A DNA stretch of 64,000 nt from Mytilus californianus (lineage: Eukaryota). Location of the stretch: contig NW_026262675.1 of NCBI RefSeq assembly GCF_021869535.1, positions 3,968,001-4,032,000 of the forward strand, written 5' to 3'. Made by a program: the position numbers and the translations under genes. Of the stretch, positions 12,785-23,900 are shown piece by piece (the stretch's first letter is position 1; each line of letters begins with the position of its first letter). Under the pieces are notes generated by a model that was not told the origin of the DNA, made no database searches, and saw nothing but the letters and a program-made list of their open reading frames with translations.

Positions 12785-14256
12785 AAAATAAAAAGTTGTA
12801 GAGTGAATTTTGATTCTATTTATAATTTAATATTTTCCACAAAAGGGCATTGAAAATGTACTTTTTCAACATTAACAAATTAAAAAAACTTATTTTATTG
12901 AAATGAGGTCGGGTTGTTGTCTCTTTGACACATTCCCCATTTCCATTCTCAATTTTATTCATTCTTAATTGCAAAAATACACTTCTTGTATTCAAATGAT
13001 TAAAATTTTAATAGACATTTGATGGGGAATAAACTGAAAAAATATTGGTTTGCTTGGGTTAGAGTTTAAAATTTTACTGATTGTATCAAGCAAATCACTG
13101 ATAAGATTATTGATTAATTATAGATGATTATAGCACAGATATATCAAATAAAATATAGACCTTACTTGAATCCTTTTTTATGAATTATCTAGATTTCATA
13201 TTTTGTCTTCTTGTTTGAAAAAAATATTCTTAATCCTTAATTAATCATTTATCTTTCAGACATAATTTACAGAATCCCTTTATGTGGTATAGATCAAAGT
13301 AATAGGCAATAAATGGATCTATCATTTCTATATATCAAACATCTAATATATACATTTGTGTATTCAATTATTAGGTTAAGTATTTGTGTATTGAGATGTA
13401 TAATGAAAGGAATGTTTAATTACTAGTATGTAAGACTGTCAGAGGTTGATTAATAATGTGGTCAATATGATTGACATTTAAGGTTGTGGGGCCTTGTAGG
13501 TCAGAAGCTCAACAGTGATGAGTGGAAATGTGTATGTGGTTTGGTTCTTTTAAGACTCCTACTTTGTTTTTTGATACTTTGAATTGACAGTGGGTATGCA
13601 GACATACATACTTGAATGAACAGCTATAAAAATATAATCCACGTTTTTCACAGTTCATATGTGCATATGTACACAGACATGAAAATAATAGGGAACTATA
13701 TTTCAGTGTGTATTCATTTTATAGATTTAGAAGCTAACCTGTGCTACTTCTTGTCAAGGAGGCAGTTGCCTTGGGAAAGATTTTGGAACTTTCAAAAAAG
13801 GGCCTGAAGGAGAGCAAAACCCGGACAAGAAATCGTAGCTTTGCGCGAGGAATGTATTTCTGAATTTAAACTTATTTTCATAATTTCACATAAGCAAATT
13901 TCAATCTAACAATATACGTATTAGAATAGAATATTTTTTTATTTCCCAAATTACAGGGCCCATAAAGGGCATACAATCAGATACAATTGATTTACATAAT
14001 TGGTAACAACAACAATTATAGTCACTTTAAAATATATATTTAGTATATTAGCATTGGTCAGACTCAGAGCCAAAAACCACATATATATTGTGAATAAAAG
14101 AATAAAATTACATTATATGCATTCATTCTCAAATCATTTAAAAGGCTATTAACGAAGTGCTGGGTATAGGCCTAGTGGTACTCTCCCGGACTATAAAGCC
14201 ACCAGCAGAGCTATCGACTCAGTGGTAGTAATAACGTTAGCGGTAACAATTTTACT

Positions 14257-14306
14257 GCATCAGATGCATATGCGCATTTCGACAATTAATGCCTCTTCAG
14301 TGATCT
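14257..14306 (-). ncRNA. Type I hammerhead ribozyme motif, intact core, extended stem III
   Basis: Reverse complement: agatca CTGAAGA ggca-ttaat-tgtc GAAA tgcg-cata-tgc ATC tgatgc. Stem I is only 4 bp. Confidence 0.6.
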
Positions 14307-15290
14307 TCGAGGCCAAAATAGTTAAAAATCCAAAACCTAATACAAACGTTGAAGAAGTCATAAAACCCAAAAGAACTCACAGTAAAGCTAAATCCGAACA
14401 AGAAATCGTAGCTTTGAACAAGGGCGATACATTTCTTAATTCAAACTAATTTCCAAAATTTCACATCAGAAAATTTTAATGGCATTAGCAAAGTACTGGC
14501 TAATGGGCTTAATGATACTCGCCGGGACTATAAGCCCACCGGCAGAGGTATGGACCCAGTGGTAGTAATTACATTAGCGGTACCAATTTTACTGCACCAG
14601 ATGCACATCTAGACAATTGATTTTCTTCAGGGGGGCACTGACTGCCTAAGAGGGGGCCACTCCAGTCATGTTTCAGTGATTCCCATAATATCAACCAAAT
14701 TTGTCCCACAATTAGGGGGGGGGGGGGGGGGCACCTAAATCCGCCTCTGCTTTGCATGAGGTAGATATTATATTCCTTTATTTAAATATTTTATAACAGC
14801 AAGTATCAATCAAAATCTGTTTTTGCATGCCAGTACCGAAGAACTGGCTACAGGGCTGTTGATACCATCGACGACTTACAATTCGCTAGCAGAGATCAGC
14901 ACTGCAGAGGTATCGACCCAGTGGTAACAATAACATTAACGGTACAAATATTACTGAACTTAAGATGCTTACTTCGACAACTAATATTATGCCTTTTCAA
15001 TGATGCTCTAGGCCAAAACATTTGAAAATCTAAAACCTAATACATGTACAAGCTTTGAAGAGCTGATAAAACCAAAAAGGACCTAAAATATAGCCAAATT
15101 TGGATAAGGAATCAGGAGATATATTTCTTAATTCAATTGATTTTTTTAAACTGTATACTGACAGCAAATTTCAATCAATCAATAACCGTATATGCATGCC
15201 AGTTAGTAAGAACTAACTACGTGGATGGTGATACCCTCGGCGACTAACAGTCCACCAGCAGAGGTATCGACCCAGTGGTAGTAATAATAA

Positions 15291-15807
15291 GGCACTGGCT
15301 ACGGTTACATGGAAATGTAACAATATAAAAATTATTGTTACATTGGAGACTAATTGCCGGAATCCAGGGCTGGGTAAGGAACCGACTAATTACGAATGTA
15401 ACAATAAAATTTGGGCCAAACTAACTGCTTAAAACGACTTAGGGGGCAGGGCCTCAAAATAGTCGTCAAACTGATATGTAATGATAGTAATGCAACTTCA
15501 TACAAAATATCATTGATCTATCACAAGTTGTTCCCATCAAACTAACTTAAGCAGAAAACTTAACATTGAAAATTGCTTATTAATTCAAAGTCACTGGACC
15601 ATGTCCTAGGGGGCAGGGCCTCAAAATAGTCGTCAAACTGATATGTACTGATAGTAATGCAACTTCAATGTAAATATCAATGATCTATCACAAGTAGTTC
15701 CTATCAAACAAACTTAAGCAGAAAACTTAACAATTGTGGACGCCGGAGCCGGAAAAGCAATCCCTATGTCTTGCTTTCTGTGACTTTCGTCGCAGGCGAG
15801 ACAAAAA
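15291..15807 (+). mobile_element. Composite insertion: Mutator-MITE left TIR joined to a HINE 3' half
   Basis: Begins GGCACTGGCTACGGTTAC, like the TIR at 29987. Then two 166-bp repeats (15441, 15607) and the HINE hairpin ending GGCGAGACAAAAA. Confidence 0.65.
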
Positions 15808-16080
15808 TAACGCTACCAGTTTTACTGCACCAGATGCCCATTCCGACAATAAATTTCTTTTCAGTGATGTTCGAGGCCAAAATGTTTGAAAATTCAAAGC
15901 CACATACAATCTTGAAGAGTTGATAACACCAAAATAAGGACTTAAAGTATAGCCAATTTTGGACAAGGAACCAAAGCTTTACATGAGATAGATATATTCC
16001 TTAGTTTAATTAATTTTTAAAATTGTATAACAGCAAATTTCAATCAATCAATATCCATTTTTTGCATGCCAGTACTGGTA

Positions 16081-16366
16081 AGGGAGCTACCATTTGATTT
16101 TTATGGGGGGGGGGCTAGGATGAAAAATTTTGTCCTGCCTATTTATTTTTCCCTCTATTCGGTCCTGCCTTTTTATTTTTCACTCTATTCGGTCCTGCCT
16201 TTTTTTTTTAGTTTATCCTGACTTTTTTTTTACATAAATTGTCATCCTACCTTTTTTTTTTTGCAAATAATCTCATCCTGCCTTTTTTTTTACTCAAAAT
16301 TCCTGTCCTGCCTATTTTTTTCAAATTTCATCCTAGCCCCCCATAAAAATCAAATGGTAGCTCCCT
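16081..16366. mobile_element. MITE (AGGGAGCTACCATTTG TIR family), copy 1
   Basis: ~40-bp TIRs AGGGAGCTACCATTTGATTTTTATGGGG..CTAGGATGA and its reverse complement. Internal ~30-bp repeats. Confidence 0.85.
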
Positions 16367-16479
16367 AACCAGGCTGGTGATACCCTCGGGGACTTACAGT
16401 TTACTAGCAGAGGTATCAACCCAGTGATAGTAATAACATGAACGGTACCAGTTTTTCTGCACCATATGCTCTGGTATTA

Positions 16480-17112
16480 ATAAAATCGGAATTTAGAAAT
16501 AATATTTCGTTTTAAGCAGTTAGTTTGGCCCAAATTTGTCAAAATAAGCTTAAAACATCGCTGTTGTATTATTCACTTGTAAGAGAATAATTCAACCTCA
16601 TGAAAATCCGTATTCATGTGAACTTCATTTTAACCCCTTAGCTGGAGATGGGTTACGCATGTAATGGGCGTGTTCAGTTATTAAAATGAAAAGAATGTCA
16701 ACATTGAAAGTGAAACAAGGGTGAACCATTTCATTGACTTATCGATCCACAAAAAATCATTCTTATACAGGTAAAAACAATGATTAACATATTGTTTTAA
16801 CCTGTAACAAGAAATCAAACAGACCTAGAAAAATCCAATTGCATGTGGTCACTATCTATCTATATTTATAATTATGTTTATATAGGGTTATATGGCTGTC
16901 GGCAGTCTTCATAGGTCATCTTGATGGTTAATTAGATGGTGTCTAGACTAAAACACACACGAAATGCTGATATATATTATCGCGTTAATGCATTGTTAAT
17001 AGTTTGATTCAGACTTTTTGTAATTTGGATATACTTTTTAGTATGTTATACATCAAATAAAAAATTTGAGTCAAATCTGGGAACATGGATTTGACAGCTA
17101 ATGCCCCTTTTA
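16480..17112. mobile_element. Probable partial non-autonomous DNA transposon (right end ...GACAGCTAATGCCCCTTT)
   Basis: The terminus resembles TTAA-flanked AGGGGCACTAGCTG elements I recall from bivalve genomes. No left end was found. Confidence 0.35.
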
Positions 17113-17139
17113 GCCTTTTTCAATTGAACTTAAGTTTGT

Positions 17140-17430
17140 TTTATGCTGTGTTCTTACATCACTAGCATGTTTAACCCCCCTACATTCTGTATGTACCTGT
17201 TCCAAGTCGGGAGCCTGTAATTTAGTGGTTGTCATTAGTTGCTGTCTGTCATATTTGTTTTTTAAATCGTTCTTAATTTTGTCTTGTCTGGGTATTTTTT
17301 AGCTTTCTCTATGAGTTTTGCGCATTGTTGAAGGCCATATAATGACCCATTGTTGCTTACATCTATGTCTTTTGGTCTCTGATGGATATTTGTCTTATTG
17401 GCAATCAAACCACATAATCTTATTTTTATT
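17140..17430 (+). repeat. Abundant interspersed repeat family (CCAAGTCAGGAGCCTGTA..GTGGTTGTC..GTTGTCTCATTGGCAATCATACCACATCT)
   Basis: Homologous copies at ~27250-27565, ~40390-40755, ~40840-41262 and ~62430-62790 (+). Partial copies at ~29040-29170 and ~39660-39750. Reverse copies at ~10460-10660, ~10890-10940 and ~54605-54700. Confidence 0.75.
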
Positions 17431-17711
17431 TTGAAAGTTTTAAAAACAACTGTCAGTTCTGATTCATTTCTAAACATATATTTGTAAACAATCTAAATTC
17501 AATGTGATCAAAACAGTGGTGGAAAGATTGTAAAAGCTGTGTGCATAATAATTTCTTACCATATTGTAGTAGTCCTTTGAGGTATGGTGGTAAACAATAC
17601 ATGTTATAGCACTATGGCATAAAGTAATTGTCATACTTGAGAAAGATCAGTATTTTTTTTCAGAAGTGTTTTGAAAATGTTTGAAAAATCCAGTAGACAT
17701 GGTGCCTTATT

Positions 17712-18859
17712 AAAAAAGAGGCTCCAAGGAAACAGTATCCAATAACAAATTAATACAATCCAACAAGATCATTTAGGGAGTTACCATTTGATTTTTATGG
17801 GGGGGGGGGGGGCTAGGATGAATTTAAAAAAAAAAAGACAGGACAGGAGTTTTGAGTAAAAAAAAAGGCAGGATGAGCAACCTGGCAAAAAAAAAAAATG
17901 CAGGATGAGCAACTTGGCAAAAAAAAAAAGGCAGGATGAGCAACTTGGCAAAAAAAAAAGGCAGGATAAACTATTAAAAAAAAATGCAGGACAGAGATTA
18001 CAACTAAAAAAAATGCAGGACAAAATTTTTCATCCTAGCCCCCCATAAAAATCAAATGGTAGCTCCCTTACTGAAAATAGGAGATAGATAGATCTTGACA
18101 TTCTGCGAATAATTGCCCTCTTCAGATTTTTACTATCTATTATTAGATATATTATTATTAACAAAAAGAAACCCACAAACTTTATACTACATACACTAAT
18201 AATCATTCTCCTCAAGTTTTGTTGAAATTGGTTTAAAGAAAAGATCTTTGAAAAGTATTGAGACAGACAAGTAAATTAGTAAAAAATTGTTATTTTAGTC
18301 TTTATCTCCTTAATTAATGAGTTATCCAATTGTTCCGGTTGTATCTACATTTTTTGTAGATCTTGAATTTCTGGTCACTTTTGCTGTTTACAGTTTCTAT
18401 CAATATATTATAGTTTTTCGCGATAATAGTTAAAACACTAAAATTAGTGAAAAGTTGCCATTTAAGGGCTATTACTCCTTACTGAGTCATCAAAATGGTT
18501 TCTGTCATATTGACATTTTTGTTTATCTTGTATAGCTGATCATATTGGAACAGTTTCTACCTTTCTAATATATTATTAGAGATAAAAGGCAAAAACATGA
18601 AAATTAGCAAAAAATCTAAATTTAAGTCCAATAACTCCTCAAGGAGTCAACTGGTGAAAACAGGAAGAAGGTAGATTATTACATTCTGAGCATTTTTACA
18701 AATTAAATACTAGATACCCTAAAATGATTCACATCAAGTTTAATTGAAATTGGTTCAAAAGTTTCATGGAAGATCTTTGGAAAAGTTTACAACGGTCAAC
18801 ATCGACGCCAATTGATGGCCAAAGCTCACTTGGCCTCTAAGGCAAGGTTGTGCTAAAAA
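17712..18859 (+). mobile_element. Degenerate HINE-like element (AGCTCAC family) with nested MITE
   Basis: 5' AAAAGAGGCTCCAAG. 3' GACGCCAATTGATGGCCAAAGCTCACTTGGCC..GCTAAAAA. Decayed internal repeats. Confidence 0.55.
17775..18068. mobile_element. MITE (AGGGAGCTACCATTTG TIR family), copy 2, opposite orientation to copy 1
   Basis: Same TIRs as 16081-16366. Internal AAAAAAAGGCAGGATGAGCAACTTGGC repeats. Confidence 0.85.
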
Positions 18860-19215
18860 TCTATCATACTACTGATGTTTGCTGGTTGCTATTTAACACC
18901 TCTTTCAGCAACCTTACCTATATCATGGTTGCTATTTTCATTGGTGAAGGGAGCTGGAGTGCTAAGAGAGAACAATGACCATCTGCAGGAAAACTGGCAA
19001 TCCTTGTCCATTAAGATCACTTATATGCACACACCACAAGCAGATTTCAATCTCACAACCTGAGAGTTGACATGCTAGTGATCCCTGTAGATAAATAACT
19101 AAGACCTCTCTGGCCCCTCAAATACTATTGAGGTAAAGAATTAAGTAATAAGTGTTTATTTCAAGTAAATGATAATTATAATCAAGATGCTGTGTTACAG
19201 ATTTTGAGAGATGAT

Positions 19216-19343
19216 CAGGGGCGGATCCAGCCATTTTTAAAAGGGGGGGCTCCAACCATATGTCCCCATTCAAAAGCATTGATCGTCAAAAAAAGGGGGT
19301 TAAAACCCACAAGTCCCCCCACTTCCCACTTGATCCACCACTG
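19216..19343. mobile_element. Short MITE (CAGGGGCGGATC / GATCCACCACTG)
   Basis: Imperfect 12-bp TIRs, flanked on both sides by GATGAT. A related fragment interrupts the hammerhead at ~14631-14748. Confidence 0.6.
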
Positions 19344-19394
19344 GATGATGCCATAAAAAACTTTAAAAAATGTTCAGTTTATACATCTTCTGAT

Positions 19395-19643
19395 AACAAG
19401 GAATTAATTGAATCTGGAATAATTTTGAATTATGGAAAATTGATAAGAAATGTATGATGAAAACTAACCCAATTAAGGAGGGTTAGTATGGCTAAGGCAT
19501 TTTTGTTAGTTTATACTGAAATATCAGTGAAAGTAATTTGAACCTTAGCCATGCCTGCTCTCAAGTTGGGATAAGTTTTAACTGACATTTATTATCAATT
19601 TTCAAGAATTCAAAATTATTCAAGATTCAAATAATTCCTTGTT
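19395..19643. repeat. Long imperfect palindrome (foldback)
   Basis: AACAAGGAATTAATTGAATCTGGAATAATTTTGAATT...GGCTAAGG pairs with CCTTAGCC...AATTCAAAATTATTCAAGATTCAAATAATTCCTTGTT. Arms are ~105 bp. Confidence 0.7.
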
Positions 19644-20940
19644 TGAAGTTTTTTTCATGATTAGCATCAGAAATGCTGAACACCAAAAGTTGGGACAGCC
19701 TAAGCAGGATAAGCATTAGTAATATTAATAAAACAATATCTTTAATGATTTTCTTGTAATTTGTTTGCATCATTTTATTACACTTTTTTATCAATACAAA
19801 TGTCATTTGTTTACCATTGTCTTAAAACACAATTAACCTCTCACTTGACTTTTTAAACCAATAACACAACACCATATTCTCCCAGATTGTATATTGATAA
19901 ACCAAGAGATGTTTGAAATCATTCAAAAATCTCTTCTCTAAAAAAGCTTTGATACAAGGGTAAAAATAATTATTGGATTATAAATATTCAAATGTCCTAA
20001 GGAAACTTCTACTATGAATTCTAGTATCAAAAAGTGACACATTATAATTTTGATCAATTAGAATAAACATTAACAGATTGTATAGTTTTTACCTGTATAA
20101 TACACAAATTATTCCTAAAATTTAATTAAAAAATTCATTCATATGATACCTTTCCCTATATACATGATATACATTCAAGAAAATTGCTGACAAAATTTTT
20201 ATCAAAAATTAATTTAAACTGATAACAAATCATAATTATTCTGTTAATATAACATTTATTGATTCAATGTAAAAAGACATTGTAAGCAATATTGCTTCAA
20301 AATCTTGACATTATTGTTAACCATACAACACTCCCCACTATTTATAATCCAACTTTTGCTTTCCAGACGAAAAGGAATACATATTCCAAATAATGTGGAA
20401 GCAGACAACAGAAAGTAGATAAGCACATGATTAAGCTTAGCAATATTAAATTTGGTAAAAAATATACGGAATTCATGTTTTGTAGCTGCCGAGCAAAATG
20501 CAACATTTCTTTTTTATATGTACAGACAGCAATGTGAAGAACATACATGTATATGGCAAATCACTAAAAATTTGGTGCAATGTAATTTTTCTACTTGCAA
20601 TGTTCACCTACATTGTGCAATAACTCTATGGTATATAATAGTGTAAGACTAGCTAAGGAAAAAACTATTCAGAACGGGATCCAGGATTTTTAAAAGGGGC
20701 AACCTAGGGGTCAATAAAAAGAAGGATGGTAAAATTTTGCTATTTGTATAAACATATTGACTATTATGTAATGACAGTGTGTAGGAGATTATCCATTTAT
20801 CTTAAAATGTTGTTAATCTGCAATGTAATTGCATATTAACCCAAAAAATACTGTCTTATATTCAATACTATGTAGCACCTAATATTCCTGCATAGTAAAT
20901 CCCTGCATTGTTTTCCCATTTCTTTGGAAATATATTAATG

Positions 20941-23900
20941 TTATCTACTAGCACTATGTTCTGTATTTATCCTGGTTCCTTTACTAAAGTTTTTTATGCA
21001 CAATAAACAAGCCAGTCCTGTATGGTTAGGTTCTGTCATTATACTTTTGATAATTCCATCTTCAATTACCAGACAGTACCTGTAAAAAACATTGTAGACT
21101 GATTATTAACCACAACATGATTGTACCTTAACTAAATATACAACTGAGGGGCCTCGGGGGCCGAGTGGTCTAAGTAGTTACTACTGTAATCACTAGCCAG
21201 TCAACAATGAGGTTATGTGTTCGAACCCCGCTCGTGCGGGTGCACTCGACTCCAATCTTAATTGACTAGGATTGTCAGTTTTCCTATCGAAGGTCAGTGG
21301 TTTTCTCCGGGCACTCCTGCTTCCTCCACCAATAAAAACTGGCCGCCATGAAATAGCCCAAAAGCGGTGCTTAAAAGTGGTGTTAAAACACAAAAAAACA
21401 AATCAAATCAAATATACAACTGAATATTAGATCTATTTAGATATCACATTTTCTCTTAAACTACATGAACAATTTAAACCAAAAATGGTAGAAATGGTGT
21501 TAGAAAGAACCATTATGAAAATTCACTCTGGTAATATATAACATAATATCATAGTAAAAATTTGTCAACTGGAAACCATTCTCCCCAAAAATTATGCATA
21601 CATGTAGTTGTGATACTGCACAAGAACATAATTCTTTAACAAAACTGCAAATCAAGCTTTATAAGCCTGATAAAATTGTATACCTGCATTCAAGTTATCG
21701 TTAAACATTTGTGCTGGACATACCGATTTAGTAACAAAATAGAAAATACTTAAAAAACCATTAGATCCTACATCAAAACTAAAACACCTTTTCATCTATC
21801 AAGTCTTATCTATCTTACATCACTGTTAACAGAAGTAATTATCCTTAAAACAATTTATTTCATATACCCCAATTGAAAAAAATGCAAAACCTGTGAAAAG
21901 CAACTTGCATATAATGATAAGATCCTTGGTTAAAATTTATAAGAAGCAGCAAAACCAGGAACAAGGACCATAACAGTACATATGATTACAGTGGTAAATG
22001 AGCTTAAAACTGCACTTCATGGTAGATAGGAACATTACAAACCAGGAAGAGTTGAATAGACCAGTATACTTTTAAGTATAAAAACTGTTACAATTTTTAC
22101 TTTAACCAGTCTAAATCAATCTGAAATTTACTTAAAATGTCTCAAACTTAATTTTAACTGCACTCATTGTAAAAACAGTAAAAATCAAACAGACTTGCAA
22201 TTAAAACATGCAAAATATTTGTAAAAATCATAATTAGAGAGCAATAACTCCAATAAGAAATCAACTGACTGTTTCAACTATGTTGACTTATTTGTAGATA
22301 TTGTCTTGCTGATCATTTTTGCCATTAAAGTTTCTCTTTATCTGTTATAGTTATTAAAATAGAGACAGAACACTAAAAATGGGTATTAATCCTCATTGAA
22401 GAGCAATAACTCCAATTAGTAGTGAACTGACTATTATGGCCATTTAAATAATTTGTAGATCTTGTTTTGCTGATCATTTCTGCTTATTCAAGTTCTATCT
22501 ATCTATTATAGTTTTTCAGATATAAGGCAAAAACTCCAAAAATTGGTAAAATTTGTCATTAAAGGACAATAAATCCAAATAGGGTTTGTCAGACAATTTC
22601 AACTATTTGTAGATCTCATCTTGTTGATTATTTTTTTATTCTAAGTCTCTCTCTATCGATTATAATTTTCAATTAATAGGCAAACATGAAAAAAAAGGTG
22701 AAGTTCATCATTTCAGAGCAATAACTCCTACAAGGAGTCGTCTTACAGTTTTAATGTAAATAGACAATAGGTAATCTCATCATCTGAACATTTCTTCTCA
22801 TGTCAGATTTTTCTATTTATAGCGGTTTTTAAGATAAGACAAAACTTGCATATTACCTCTAATCTATGTTCTATTTTAAGCCATGTTGGCCATGTTGGTT
22901 TGCAGGCCGCTTCATCAGATACATTTTTTAAACCGATACCCTAATGATGATAATGGCCAAGTCTGGTTAGATTTGGCTCTGTAGTTTCAGAAGATTTTTG
23001 TAAAAGTTAACAAAGACGACAGACACAGATGATGAACACCAAGTGATGAGAAATGCTCACTTGGCCCTTTGGAACAGGTGAGCTGAAAAAAGACATCTGG
23101 GCCTACAATTCTATCAATAAAATAGAGCTGAAAAGGTTTATTTAGGTGAAATATTGGCATTCTTAAAATTGGTTAATCAGCAATACAGGCTCAATTGAGC
23201 CTTTAGTTTTGTAATTATTACTTGTGAATTTAATTTCCACCTTTTAGATCTAACATTCCCTAGTAGTTTAGTACAATCCAAATCCATATTCATAGCTTTA
23301 GTAAACTCTGCTTTAGGATCTGCCAACATCGTAATCTAAAACAAAACAAAAAAGAACGTGGTGAGTCAGAGGTTCACCAATACTTAAATAACATTCCATT
23401 AAATAACAACTCCAAACAAATATTTCAAATATTTACAAACTACAACAGTTGAAATATAAACTTCAGTTGACACATATACTTACAGACAAAAGAAGTAGAA
23501 GTGCTAAGGCCTCTCTTTGGCTAAAATATTAGAAGCATTGCCAAAAGTGGTTTAATTTTTGTAAAAATAATTAAGATACATGCTAAGTATTTAGGTTTTT
23601 CGAAAATAGTGAATGAGGCAGATGATTTAACATTTGATCAGCTTGCTTGACTTCTTAAACAATTCATTATAGCCTTGAGTGTCAGATAACTGTTCTCAAT
23701 GGTAAAAGTACAAGACTCTGAATTCCAGGGTATGAGGAACTATGATATAAAGCTGAAAATTACTGAAACTCTCTGAATAAAAAAGGACAATTACAAATTA
23801 GAAAGTTCATTTACCTTTCCCTCAGCGCTGACCTGTTTTCCCCAAGCTGACATTACAAAGGGGTCATTAACAGAAATACAGCATATCAAATCATAGCCTT

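Larger units (their letters stand above)
13810..16470 (-). repeat. Retrozyme-like tandem array (~340-350-bp units) interrupted by nested insertions
   Basis: Same unit as 9860-11100 and 35885-36450. Hammerhead-like cores at 14257-14306, ~14594-14630, ~14956-15006 and 15827-15870. Insertions at ~14631-14748, 15291-15807 and 16081-16366. Confidence 0.8.

Noticed and set aside
13724-13810. Possible exon after a TTTTATAG acceptor
   Set aside because: No recognisable protein and no donor; it runs into a retrozyme fragment.
21148-21235. tRNA gene
   Set aside because: A and B boxes are present but there is no cloverleaf. It continues into a SINE body, tail and TSD.
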